This document shows positions 31,264-45,400 of a stretch of DNA of 64,000 nucleotides, in pieces. How positions within the stretch are numbered: position 1 is the stretch's first letter; the number at the start of each line of letters is the position of its first letter. The notes under the pieces are model-generated. The model saw only the letters and a program-made list of their open reading frames with translations. It made no database searches and was not told the DNA's origin. Source of the DNA: the human T2T-CHM13v2.0 reference genome, Homo sapiens; the NCBI RefSeq assembly GCF_009914755.1, contig NC_060947.1. One strand, written 5' to 3'. The position numbers were made by a program, and so were the translations under genes.

Positions 31264-31919
31264 CGCCAGCAAACCCATCCCAGGAGCTGAGAGGCATACA
31301 ATTAGGGCATAAGGTGAGGTATTATCGGGGTACACTTACACAAAGTATGTTGAAACTCACACAGCCAATTGCCATAATGACCATTGAATTAGCACATAGG
31401 TAAAGCTGAGATGTGCAAACAGATACCTAATACATTTCCAGCACCTGAAGATGGTCTTTTGTCCTTGTGCCAGATCCACCCAAATGTCTAGGTATTCTAA
31501 GTCTTTTCCTTTTATTGCTTCTATCTGACATCTTTAATGAGCCCATGTCAAGACATATCAAATATCTATATGTCATGGGGATGGCTGGTTACAAATGAAA
31601 AAACATATGGAAAAATATTTCAACAGAGGGGAAAAGCAGTATGAAAAAAAGCAAGTTGGAAACAGAAACTCAGGCCCTACATACTGAGGTAGAACCACCT
31701 TTTTGGATGGTATCACGTTTTTATCAAGGAGGTACCTGGCAGCCAGAAATAAATAGCCCATTTTATAAGCCTGAATGACTTCCAGGATGTGGAGAACTGT
31801 AGAAAAGAGTTTTGCAAAGACAACTATATAAGCTGGTGCTGGTAAAATTTTTACTAGTTCATGTTGAAATGAAAAGAAATGAAGGTAAAGTAATGAACTG
31901 TTCATAGTTTAATTCAATC

Positions 31920-32300
31920 ACAAAGAGTATTCTAAGGTAATTCAATGAAACACTATTTGCAGTATCAAAAGGTTGGAAATAATGGAAATGCCTATTAATA
32001 AGTGACTGTTTAAATAAATTTGATATATCCGTTCAACAAACTACTATACAGCTGTAAAAAGATTTAAAAAGCTCTTCATGCACTGACATGAAACGCTTTT
32101 CAAGATAACCTTTTTGGAAAAAATGTGAACGGAATGCTACACACATACATACACTCCTCCACACAGACAGACTTATTTACTTATTTATACATAGAATATC
32201 TTTGGAAGAATGCCCAAGGAACAAATAACAGTGGCTGCCTGCAGAAAGGGAAACTGGGTGTTGAAGGGGCAGGGTAAGAGGGAGCCTTTTAATTGTCAAT
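31920..32300 (+). mobile_element. L1ME 3'UTR fragment
   Basis: 'cactatttgcagtatcaaaaggttggaaataatggaaatgcctattaataagtgactg'. Confidence 0.55.
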
Positions 32301-32302
32301 TC

Positions 32303-32475
32303 TTTTTTGTTTTTATTGATACATAATATTCGTAGATATTTATGGAGTACATGTGATATTTTGGACATGCATAGAATGTGTAATGGTCAAGTCAAGGTAT
32401 TTAGGATATCCATCACCTTGAATATTTATCATTACTATGTGTTGGGAATATTTCAAGTCCTCTCTTCTAACTATT
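32303..32475 (-). mobile_element. L1MA 3' terminal fragment
   Basis: 'atatttatggagtacatgtgatattttggacatgcatagaatgtgtaatggtcaagtcaaggtattt'. Confidence 0.75.
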
Positions 32476-32653
32476 CTTTATGGTTTTGTACATTTTGAAT
32501 TTTGATTAGGAATTGTTCTTTCCTTCTAATTTGTTGCCTAATTTTTGCCTTAAAATAGTATTTTAAAAGAAATAATAGGGTTAATACATTGTAGATATTT
32601 TGTTATTTCATTTTTAATTCTGTATATATTTACATAGCAAAATGAAAAGTTGG

Positions 32654-33018
32654 TGTATTAGTCTACTCTCATGTTGCTAATAAAGATATACCCAAGACTG
32701 GGTAATTTATAAAGGAAAGAGGTTTAATTGATTCAAAATTCCATATGGCTGGGGAGACCTCACAATCATGGTGAAAGACAAAGGAGGAGCAAAGGCATGT
32801 CTTACATGGTGGCAGGCAAAGAGACCATGTGCAGGGGAACTCCCCTTCATAAAACCACTAGATCTCATGAGACTTATTCACAATCATGAGAACAGCATGG
32901 GAGAAACCCACCCCCATGATTCAATTGCCTCCCACTGGGTCCCTCCCACAACACATGGAAATTATGGGAGCTACAATTCAAGATGAAATTTGGGTGGGAA
33001 CACAGCCAAACTATGTCA
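32654..33018 (-). mobile_element. THE1 (B/C-like) solo LTR
   Basis: tgtattagtc...actatgtca, 365 bp, 'gactgggtaatttataaaggaaagaggtttaattga'. Confidence 0.9.
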
Positions 33019-33377
33019 GCTGACAAACTCACTTAAAAAAATAGGTACACATACGTAAAATCCAAAATGTTGGAACCACTGCTTTAAGGTCCCTTCTCTG
33101 GAATTCAACAACCAGTCTGTCTCATTGCTGTTCCCCTCTGACCTTGTGTCCCAGTCCTGAACCAGTGTCTCTGCCTTAGACACCTGCTTAGTATCCCACT
33201 CCCTCAAGGAATCAGACCTCACTATGCTATTGTCACTCAATGTCCTTCACCATCACCACCACCCATGGATTAGCATCCTATCCCTGAAATGGGAAAATGT
33301 GATGGGGGCCCTTCTACCAGCTGCTGGACCTCCCTGCTGGACACAACTTGATTCATTTGCTGGAGTGGAATGCTAAG

Positions 33378-33731
33378 AAGAGATTGCATCCCTGCCAAAT
33401 TCATGTTAAAGCCCAAATCTCCAGTGGGATGGTATTTGGAGGTGGAGGCTTGGAAGGTAATTAGGTTTAGATGAGGTCATGTGGGTGAGGGCTCCCTTAT
33501 GGGATTAATGACCTTATACAAAGAGAAAGAGACATAAGATTTCCCTCTGTATGTGTGCATCCACCAAGGAAGGCCAAGTGAAGACACAACCAGGAATAAG
33601 GCCTTCACCAGCATGCAATCATACTGGCACTTATATCTTGAACTTCCAGCTTCCAGCACAGCAGGAATTAAATTTCTGTCTTTTAAGACAATCATTCTAG
33701 GATATTTTTTATAACACCCTGAGTTAAGATA
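33378..33731 (+). mobile_element. MLT1A-like solo LTR
   Basis: 'ggtatttggaggtggaggcttggaaggtaattaggtttagatgaggtcatg', 'tcttgaacttccagcttccag'. Confidence 0.8.
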
Positions 33732-34304
33732 GTTTACTTTCTTTTTATGCTTAAGGAAGTAGGATTTTCTTTTTTTGTATGTCTTTTCCCACCCAGGTTT
33801 ATTGAGGTATAATTGACAAATAAAAATATATATATTAGGGTGTACAAAGTGATGTTTTGATATATGTGTATACTGTGAAATGGTTACCACATCAAGCTAA
33901 TTAACATATCCATCACCTTATATGGCTACTTTTTTTGTGGTGAGAGCACTTGAGATCTACTCCCGTGGCAAACTTTAAGTATACAATACAGTGTTATTAA
34001 CTATAGTTACCATGATGTACATTAGATCCCCCAAAATTACTCATTTCACAACTGAAGATTTATACCCTTTGACCAACAACGCCCCTCTTACCCACCCCTT
34101 AGCTCCTGGTAACCACCATTCTACTCTCCATTTCTATCACTTCAACTATTTTCAAGATGGCGCATATAAGTGAGATCATGCAGTATTTGCCTTTCTGTGT
34201 CTGGCTTAGTTCACTTAGCATAATATCCTTCAAGCTCATCTATATTGTCACAAATGGCAAGATTTCCTCCTTTTTGAAGGCTGAATAATACTCCATTGTG
34301 TAAA

Positions 34305-34418
34305 GATATATATATACATGTATGTATATATATACACACATATGTATAGATATATATCTGTGTGTGTATGTGTATACATATATATATATATATAGTGTGT
34401 ATATATACATATACACAC
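34305..34418. repeat. Compound (TA)/(TG)/(CA) microsatellite
   Basis: Alternating purine-pyrimidine run visible directly. Confidence 0.9.
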
Positions 34419-35022
34419 AAACACCACATTTTCTTTTTCCATTCGTCTCTTGATGGACACTTAGGTTGTTTCTATATATTGATTACTGTGAATAGGGCTG
34501 CAATATGCTTGGGAATGCAGATAATTCTTCAGATAATGATTTTATTTCCTTTGGATATATACTAAGTAGTGGAATTGCTGGATAATATAGTAGTTCTATT
34601 TTGAATTTTTAAAGGAATCTCCATACTATTTTCCATAATGGCTGTGCCACTTTACAGTCTCACTAACTTTGTACAAGTGTTTCCTTTTCTCCATATCCTT
34701 GCCAATACTTGCTATCTTTTGGCTTTTTGGTAATAGCTATCCTAGCAGGTGTCAGGTGATATCTCATTGTGATTTTGAATTGTATTTCTTTGATAATTAG
34801 TAATCTTGAGCACCTTTTCATATACCTCTTGTCCATTTGTATATCTTCTTTGGAAAACTTTCTACTCAGATCTTTTGTCCATTTTTAAATTGGGTTGTTT
34901 CCTTGCTATTGAGTTGTATGAGTTCCTTATATAGTTTGAATATTAACCCCTTTCAGATATATGTCTTACTAATATTTTCTTCCATTCTGTAGCATGCCTC
35001 TTCATTTTGTTAATCAACAAAA

Positions 35023-36870
35023 TTTTTTCTTTTACAACTTTTGTTTTGGATTTGGGAGTACATGTGCAGATTCGTTATAAAGGTATATTGCATGATGCTG
35101 AGGTTTGGGGTTTGACTGAACCCATCACCCAGATAGTGAGCATAGTACCCAATAGGTACTTTTTTCAGCCCTTGCCCGCATTCTTCTCTCCCACCTCTAA
35201 TAGCCCCCAGTGTCTAATGTTCCCATCTTTATGTCCATGTGTATCCAATGTTTAGTTCCCACTTACAAGTGAGAACATGCAGTATCTGGTTTTTTGTTTC
35301 TGTGTCAATTCACTTAAGATAATGGCCTCCAGCTGCATCTATATTGCTGCAAAGAGCATGATTTCATGTTTTTTTATGGCTGCATAGTATTCCATTGTGT
35401 TTTTCTTTATCCAGCCTACCATTGATGAATACCTGGGTTGATTCTTTGTCTTTGCTATTGTGAATAGTGCTGCGAGAAGCATACAGGTACATATGTCCTT
35501 TTGATAGAACAATTTATTGTCCTTTGGGTATGTATTAGTCTGTTTTCACACTGCTATAAGGAACTACCTGAGACTGGGTAATTTATAAAGAAAAGAGTTG
35601 TAATTGACTCACAGTTCTGCATAGCTAGGGAAGCCTCAGGAAACTTACAATCATGGTGGAAGGTAAAGGAGAAGCAAGCACCTTCTTCACAAGATGGCAG
35701 AATAGAGATAGTGTGCAGGGGAAGCTGCCACTTATAAACCATCAGATCTCATGAGAACTCCCTCACTATCATAAGAACACATGGAGACTGCCTCCATGAT
35801 CCAATCACCTCCCACTAAGTCCCTTCCTTGACATGTGGGGATTTCAATTCGAGATGAGATTTGGATGGGGTCACAGGACCAAACCTTATCAAGGTATATA
35901 CCCAGTACCATTACTGGGTACTCGTGCTGGGATTGCTTGGTCAAATGATAGTTCACCACTTAGTTCTTTGATAAATGATATTTCACCACTTAGTTCTTTG
36001 ATAAATCACCAAACTGCTGTCCATAGTGGCTGAACTAATTTATATTCCCACTAACAGTGTATAAGTGTCCCCTTTTCTCCAAAGCCTCGCCAGCATCTGT
36101 TATTTTTTTTGCTTTTAAATAGTAACCATTCTAACTGGTGTGAGTTGCTATCTCACTGTGGTTTTGATGTGAATTTCTCTGATGATCAGTGATGATGAGC
36201 ATTTTTTCATACATTTGATAGCGACTTATATTTCTTCTTTTGAGAAGTACCTATTCACATCCTTTACACACTTTTTAATGGGGTTATTTGTTTTTTGTTC
36301 ATTGATTTAGGTTTCCTATAGATTCTGGATATTAGACCTTTGTCAGATACCTAATTTGTAAATATTTTCTTTTATTCTATATGTTGTCTGTTTATTCCTT
36401 TGATAGTTTTTCTTGCTGTACACAAACTCTTTAGTTTAATTAGGTCCCACTTATCAATTTTTGTTTTTGTTCCAGTTGCAATTGCTTTTAAGGACTTAGT
36501 CATAAATTATTTCCTAAGGCTGATGTCCAGAATGTTATTTCCCAGATTTTTTTCTAGGATTCTTATAGTTTGAGGTTTACATTTAAGTTATCAATCCATC
36601 TCAAGTTAATTTTTGCTTGTGGTACTAGATAGGGGCCCAGGTTCATTCTTCTGCATATGGATAACCAGTTATCCCAGCACCATTTATTGAATAGGGAATC
36701 ATTGCCCCATTGCTTATTTTTGTCAGGTTTGTCAAAGTTCAGGTGGTTGTGGATGTATGGCTTTATTTCTGGGTTCTCTATTCTGTTCCATTGGTCTATG
36801 TGTCAGTTTTTCCCCCAGCACCATTCTGTTTTGGTTACTATAGCCTTGTCATACAGTTTGAAGTTGGGAA
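35023..36870 (-). mobile_element. L1PB/L1PA15-16-like 3' fragment
   Basis: 'gtacatgtgcagattcgttataaaggtatattgcatgatgctgaggtttgggg' then antisense ORF2 3' part. Confidence 0.8.
35531..35891 (-). mobile_element. THE1D/MSTA solo LTR
   Basis: tgtattagtc...ccttatca with 5-bp TSD gggta/aggta. Confidence 0.88.
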
Positions 36871-36902
36871 ATAGCTATTTGGGGACTTTTGGGGTTACAT
36901 AA

Positions 36903-37217
<315 letters not shown>

Positions 37218-37770
37218 AGCATTTTTATATCTCTATGAAAAATTCTATTGGAATCTTGATAAGAATATTAATTTTTCAATCTATGAACACAGAATAGCTT
37301 TCCATTTATTTTGGGTCTCCTACAATTTCTTTAATCTATTTTTTTTTTTAGTTTTCATCTTCACCTCCATGGTTACATTTATTCCTAAGTATTTTATTGT
37401 TCTTGATGCTATTGTAAGTGGGATCATTTTTGGATAGTTTGTTGTTAGTGTATAGAAACACAGTTGATTGTTGCATGTTAACAAAATTCAATATCCTTTC
37501 ATGATAAAAAAAATAATAAAACTCTTAACAAAGTGAGTATAAAAGGAATGTACCTAAACATAATAAGAGCCATCTATGGCAAGCCTGCAGCTAACATACT
37601 GAATGGTGAAAAGCTAAAAGCTTTTCTTCTAAGAACAGAAGCAAAACAAGGATGCCCATTCTTACCCCATCTATTAAACATAGAACTGGAAGTCCTAGAC
37701 AGATCAACTTGGCAAAATAAAAGGAATAAAAGCCATCCAAACCAGAAATGAAGAAGTAAAATTGGCACCG

Positions 37771-37840
37771 TAGCCAGGGTGACAGAGAGAGACCCTGTCT
37801 CTAAAAATATTTTTAAATAAATAAATAAAAATAAAAATAA
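37771..37840 (+). mobile_element. Alu 3' fragment
   Basis: 'agccagggtgacagagagagaccctgtctct' plus A-rich tail. Confidence 0.7.
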
Positions 37841-37929
37841 AGTTGTACAAGCATCTCTATCATTTTAAAAAAGGGAGTGAAACTGTCTATGTTTGCAAAT
37901 AACATAATCTTATATATTGAAAACTCTAA

Positions 37930-38304
<375 letters not shown>

Positions 38305-38679
38305 TCTTCCAGCTTTATTGAAGTATAATTGGTAAACAAAAACTGCACATAATGAGTGTATACAACTGACTGAGTTAATATCTATATATATGTATATAGA
38401 TATATATACACATAAACATATACATATACATATATTCATGTTATCATCACTACAATCAAGGCAATAAACATATCTTTACCTCCAAAAGTTTCCTTCTGTT
38501 CCCTTTTTGTTGTTACTTGCTTGTTTTTGTTAAGAACATTTCACATGAGATCTCCCCTATTCACAAAATATCAAGTGCACAATACCTTATTGTTAATTAT
38601 AGGCACTATATTATACAGCAGATCTCTGGAACTTATTCTGTATAACTGAAACTTTACGCCCATGAAAAAATAGCTCTCA

Positions 38680-39036
<357 letters not shown>

Positions 39037-39210
39037 CTATTGTCTACTTTTACCTGTTTGACTATTTTAGATGCCTTATATAAGAGAAATCTTGCAGTAT
39101 TTGTCCTTCTGTGACTGACTCGCTTCACTTAGCATCATGTCTTCCAGGTTCATATATGTTGTTTGAAATGGTAGAATTTCCTTCATTTTTAAGGCTAAAT
39201 AGTGTTCCAC

Positions 39211-39270
<60 letters not shown>

Positions 39271-39312
39271 TACACATATATATACACACACAATATGTAT
39301 ACACACATATAT
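39211..39312. repeat. (TG)n(TA)17(CA)9 compound microsatellite
   Basis: Pure TA run 39219-39252 followed by CA run to 39270. Confidence 0.95.
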
Positions 39313-39403
39313 AACTTTTTTTGTCTGTAGTATATATAAAGAAAATGCAATAAAATATTATACTACATATAAAGAAAATATGATACTTTATTACATTTTC
39401 TTT

Positions 39404-39645
39404 TTTAAAATAATTTTACTTTAAGTTCTGGGATATATGTGCTGAACGTGCAGGTTTGTAACATAGGTATACATGGTTATACATGCCACGGTAGTTTGCT
39501 GCACCTATGAACCCGTCATCTAGGTTTTAGGCCCCACATGCATTAGGTATTTGTCCTAATCCTCTCCCTCCCCTTTCCCCCTATTCCCTGACAGGCCCTG
39601 GGGTGTGATGTTCCCCTCCCTGTGTCCATGTGTTCTCATTGTTCG
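39404..39645 (-). mobile_element. L1PA (PA7/8-like) 3' fragment
   Basis: 'tttaagttctgggatatatgtgctgaacgtgcaggtttgtaacataggtataca'; TSD tacattttcttt at 39392-39403 and 39655-39666. Confidence 0.85.
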
Positions 39646-40906
39646 CCAATATTCTACATTTTCTTTATCTATTTATCTGTTGATGGACATTTGGGCTGTT
39701 TCCATATCTCGGCTGTTGTGAATAATACTGCAATAGATATGAGAATGTAGATATCTCTTTGCAATCCTGTTATCAGTTCTTTTAAATATATACCCAGAAG
39801 TGGAATTCCTGGATCATAAATACAGTAGTTCTATTTTTAATTTCTTGAGGAACTTCTATACTGCTTTCCATAATAGCTGCACCATTTTACATTCCTACCA
39901 ACAGTGTGCAAGGGTTCACTTTTATTCATATCCTCACCAACACTTACTATCTTTTGTTTTCCTTTCTAATAGCCATTCTAACAGATGTGAGATGATATTG
40001 TGATGTTGATTTGCTTTTTCCTGATGATTAGCAATGTTAAGCATCTTTTCATATACTGTCAGTCAGGTACTGGCACAAAAATAGGCATATAGACCAATGA
40101 AACAGAATGGAGAGCCTGGAAATAAACACACACATATAAGGACAACTAATCTTTGAAAAGAGTACTAAGTATATGCAATAGGGAAAATTTGTGTCTTTTC
40201 AAAAAATGGTGTTGGGAAAAGTGGCTATCCCATTCAAAAAATAAAATTGGTCTCTTATCTTATACCATACACAAAAATTAGCTCAAAATGGATTAAGGAC
40301 TTAAGTGTAAGATATTTTAACTCTAAAATAGTTAGAAGAAAACATAGGGAAAACGCTTCTTGACGTTGGTCTTGTCTATAGTTTCTTAGATATGACACCA
40401 AAAGCAGAGACAACAAAGGCAAAAATAGACAAGTGGAACTACATCAAACTAAAAAGCTTCTTTACTGGGAAGAAACGAAAGGCAACAGAATGAACAGAAT
40501 GAAAGGCAACCTACGGTATGGAAGAAGTATTTACAAACCATATATCTGATAAGGGTTTAATTTCCAAAATATATAAGGAACTTCTACAACGCAATAGCTA
40601 AAAAAACAAAATAACTGGATTTTTTAAATGTCTGAGAGATTTGAACAGACGTTTCTCCAAAGAGAGTTTACTTTCTAAAGTTTACTCATTCCTGCATTTT
40701 TCTTTACTTTTCTGTAAGTGCCTGTGAAGCTTTCCTTGCCAACTCATACTTATTTGGTCCCTCTGATGTCCAGGGTTTGCATTAGAAAACCTCCCTTAAA
40801 ATATCATGTTCTGCTTGCCAGATTGGAAGTCAGCCCAAGGATCTTCAAGACGATTCTTCTTTTCAGCTCTTCTTTACACCAAATGGCCCATATTGAGATT
40901 ATGTCC

Positions 40907-41441
40907 TGTGGCAGAGATTGCTTGTTATCTACCCCATTATCCATTTTCTCGATCTTCTTTGGTAACAAATCACTGAATTTTATTCAGGTGGTAACATATC
41001 TAGCTAAAAGAATACAATTTTCAGCCTCTCTTGAGGCTAGGTGTGTTCAGTGACTAAATTAGTATTAAAATATAAGTCAAAATATTATGAGAAATTTCTA
41101 GAATGTCTTAAATAGAAGCAAATCAGTCCCCCCACCACCACCCCTTATTTTCCCCTTTCTCTATCCTGATGCCTAGAATGCAAATGCAAAAAGGACATGT
41201 ATCTATCTGAAATGTTCATAGAAAACATATCTGGAACTCTACCATCCTTCTTGTTCTATGAGAATAAGGGCAGAATAGTTAACTGGAAATAATGTGAGTC
41301 TGTGAATATCAGAGAATTATCATAGCTGTTCTACACTTCTCATCTTCAGTTAAGTGATGTACAAAAATCATCCATCTTGTTTAAGCCACAATTATACTAG
41401 GTTTTCTGTCCCTTACAGCTGAACTTGATTCTAACTGATAT
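40907..41441 (+). mobile_element. MLT1 (H/J-like) solo LTR
   Basis: Starts 'tgtggcagagattgc', ends 'tcttgtttaagccac...ttacagctgaacttgattctaactgata'. Confidence 0.7.
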
Positions 41442-41804
41442 ATCTTACCTGTTATGTTTCCATGTCCCATTGAAGGTGACTAAGCCATGCCCCACAGTGT
41501 TTCAACACCCGACATATCTGAGTAATAACACCTCCCTACATATGTAAGGGACATCAGTATGAATAGAATTTTAAACCCTGCTCCTACTGTTGATTCTTTT
41601 GCTGCCTACATACCAATTTATTGTTATTATTTTGTATACTTGGTGATGATTGCTTTACAGTTGATTTAATTCTCACTCCAAACCATGAGGGGAGAGGAAG
41701 TCCCATGGCATGAGTGAGACATGCTGCTCTAAGACAATCAAAAGAGAAGACGTTGGACATGCCGAGTTCAAACTCATGAAACTGTCAAATCTTATTTAGA
41801 GTAA

Positions 41805-42440
41805 TGACAACCAAAGTTCTATCTACAGCTCAGACATCTCTTCTGAGTTCCAATTACATGTGTTTGTGTAAAAAGTACATGTATCTATCTGAAATGTTCA
41901 TAGAAAACATAGATTGAGATATTCTGAAACAGAAAGCTTCATCTTCATCCTAAAATCTCCTCTTCCTCCTGTTTATTGCATCAAATGGAGCCACCATCCA
42001 CCTTGAAGACATCCCCTAATCCTCTTGTTCCCTTACTGCAACTTCCAATCATCCTCCAGGCTTTGCCTATCCTATTTCTGTGATAAATCTCATCCATCCC
42101 TAGACTCTCATCCCACTGCCTCTCCCTTAACTCTGGCCCTCATCATTTCTTGCTCTGACCACTGCAGTGACTTGAGATCTGGTATCCTTAGCAACACAGT
42201 CTAACACAGGCTTCACATTACGGTGCCACCCACTTTTATGAGACATGTCAGAGCATGTCACTCCCTTGTTTAAAAGTTCTTCATGATGTCCAGTCATGAA
42301 GGCAAAAAGTTCAACTCTTCAATGTGACATTTAAGACCTTCCAAGATCTGGACCCAGCCTATATGGCTTTTCTGACTCTTGCTGATTCAGCAATACAAAC
42401 TTATTAACATTCCCATTAACATCTCCTTCATTTCCAATTC
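41805..42440 (+). mobile_element. L2 LINE
   Basis: 'ccactgcctctcccttaactctggccctcatcatttcttgctctgaccactgcagt', 'catgtcactcccttgtttaaaa'. Confidence 0.7.
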
Positions 42441-45400
42441 TGAGCACAGGATTGATGTGGTGTCTGTAAAATGCATGTGGTTCTCAACTAGTTAATCCAA
42501 CCCAGGAAACCCAGCAAGAATGTTTCTAATATGAGCCTCCTTCGACCATCTTTTATCTCTGGGCCTAAAGAGTAAGTCCCTCCTTTATCAATGTCCCCCT
42601 GCACAAGTTTATATGTGCCTCCTTTGTACATCCCTTATACTTTGTACATGGCTGTACAATGTAATATTTCATGCAGCTAAACATCTTGGAAAGCAAGTGA
42701 GAGCGGCATCCATCTGGAACAGCACTAGGGTATATCCATGCTGCTGTGTGAATTTCTCCACATGTTTGCATAGATGTAGCGCCTTCAGAAGTCAACAGAC
42801 CTGCTACCATCAAAAAGAATTCAACCTTTATGCTCATGCTCTTTTCATTCTACTAACTTCAGGGATGTTCTACATCCCCAAAACCCCAGCAGCCCCTTTG
42901 CCTCCTCTTCATGCCTGGTATCACCCAAGCTTTGTGCCTAGACTTTCTAGCAGGACCCAGGCTGTTCTTTCTGGACGTCCCTCTAAACCAGTGACTTTGT
43001 CTCTGAAGATATAAAATGAGTTTGAGCAGCCAGGCCCCTCAACATAACTGACCATTCCCAACTACTGAGGACACCCTGTCCACCTTTGCTTGGCCTGAAT
43101 ACTCTCATGTAGCTAGAACCTACTCATTGTAGCTAAATTCAAGATATCAGAGGAAATATTATCTGGAATTTCTTGTCTTCGTTTTTTTTTTTCTTTTAGA
43201 AAATATAATATCTCTGTCTGGTAGCCCTGCTTCCCTCAAAGCTTACAGTGAACTGAAATAAATGCAGGGAAGTGGTCCTATATTCTGTACACTTAAGAAA
43301 TGGGAAATTCAATATTTGTTTACAATAACGGCAAAGTTAAAATAGCTCATGCTACATTGCCAAATGAAGAATAGCAGAGACATAAACACTGTCCTTAAAA
43401 AGATTTTTTTAGAAGAAAAGTATGAATCGAATCATTTACTGAAGTACTGTTTGAACAGATGGTGTGATTAACAGCTAACATGTAAGCCATCTTGGGAGTT
43501 TATGGAAAAGTAAACACGTGCAGCTAAAAAGAAATCACTTTATTCCCCAAAAGGTTCTTTCATTCATTTTACTAAGTAAATTGGAAAGCCTGGGTTTTGA
43601 AGGCTGCATTTCCTTGGGGGATGTTAGGAAGGAGCAGAGGAGAGTCTCTTCAGAGCAAGACCATGTCGATGCAGGGTCGAGCTCCAAACTCGCCTCCTGA
43701 GGGATGAAATGATCTGAGGACCTGGCCCCTCCCGTCAGCTGGCCCTTGACAACAACTGAAGATGCTCTGTTCAGCTTGCTCATCTCCAGTGGCTTCACGT
43801 GCCTGAGAGGAGGGGAAAGGAGTTAAGGTTTGGGAATCAGTTCCTGGCCCTCTGCTGGGCACTTTGCATGGACTGTTTCCTCTAACGCTAACATCCCTGG
43901 GGGTCACGTGTTATAAGGCCAACTTACCCAATAGGGAAAATGGGGTTTAAAAAGGAGGAAGTGGCCTGCCAAGGCTGTATAGATACTTCCTTCATGGAGC
44001 TGCCATTGAAACCCTGGCCTGTTGAGTGGGTTGTCAAGGAGAGTGTGGAACAGGATATCAGGGGACATGGGTATGAAAGTCTGCTCTGCTAGCGTGTGCT
44101 TTGGGGAAAACTGCTGTTCCCTTATGCACCACAGCTTCTACATCTGTAACATGTGGGTGCCATACCGGATGGCCTTAAAGGTCCTCATTTGGATACAGAA
44201 ATGGCATCAGGATATTAAGTTGGCTTCCAGCCCCATTCCTGATCATCCTCAACTGACATTAGGAATACATCCTTGGACACTTCTGTAGCTGAAGCCATGG
44301 TGCCACCTACTTAGGCAAACCTCTGAAGGACTGGCTGATCCTTGGCAGAGCTTTCTTGCCACTGCCTACACCACAGCACACCCCAATTGGTAATGGCTCA
44401 TCCCCAAATTGCCCTGGTGTTCATTTATTCACCTAATATTTATTGAGTGTGCACTAACACTCCAGGCAAGGAAGTGTGGAAACATTGTGAGCAAGAGGGA
44501 TTTGGTGTCTCTCCTTCCAAAATTAGACCCAGTAAGGAGACACAGAAGTGAACAGATAATTGAAATATAGAGGGATAAATGTGAGTATAAGAAAAGGGAA
44601 CTTGACCTCTACCTGTGGAATCAAGGTATGCTACCTTGTTGATGGTAGTGATGATGACACCAAACTAATTTTTTAGTGGATTTTTTCTTTTCCCCTTCTT
44701 TTTCTTAGATCTACCTCATTTGTCATATACCAAACTAAACAATTTTTATCAAACATCTAGATATTTAGAATGATCCAGTTGACCGTTATAGATTTGCTTG
44801 CCTTTCATTCTGATATTGGTACTACTTAGATGCCCATGTTGGTTTCCCAGGCCATTTAGAGTCAAAAGTTGCCAGGAAGGCAATGAAATCACTTATGTTT
44901 CCAAAGATAGAGTGGCTTAATTAAAGAGGAAAGCAAATTTTCATGTTAATAATCTAGAAATAAAGCCCTTCTCTTGGACACGTCCCTGTAAATGCTTCTG
45001 AGCTCTTTCATGTGAAGGGCCTTCTAATTGCTTCTCTGGGACTTAGTCCTGGAAGCTTTGAAAGGGTTTCCCATTGCAATATTAGAACCACTGATACTGT
45101 GTCCCCTAGCAGGTGTGATTCCACTTCCTTTTGTGTGCATGTGTGTGTGTTATTATTATTATTTCTTTTTTTTTACAAAATCAACTTTGAGAATATTCTC
45201 CCCATTTAGTAAAGGGAATGCACCTTTTGAGTTACATTTGAATTTCACTCCAGGTCTCTACTAAATGGAATGAAAAAGCCTACTGTGCATTCTGTGCTGA
45301 TATGTGACAGTCTTCAGAGAAAGGACTCCTTTCTTAGATGGCATGACCCATTAAATATTGCTCCAGGTCAACAGAAGAAGGAAATTGCTGTCCCGCCTCA

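Noticed and set aside
31264-31430. Possible TM6-TM7 continuation of the first OR pseudogene
   Set aside because: No KAFSTC, SHL or PMLNP motif found in any frame I read
33060-33375. GC-richer patch with a 74-aa minus ORF between two MaLR LTRs, considered as ERV internal sequence
   Set aside because: The LTRs are different families in opposite orientation and no gag or pol motif was seen
42565-43014. 133-aa and 90-aa ORFs
   Set aside because: No motif or compositional support for coding
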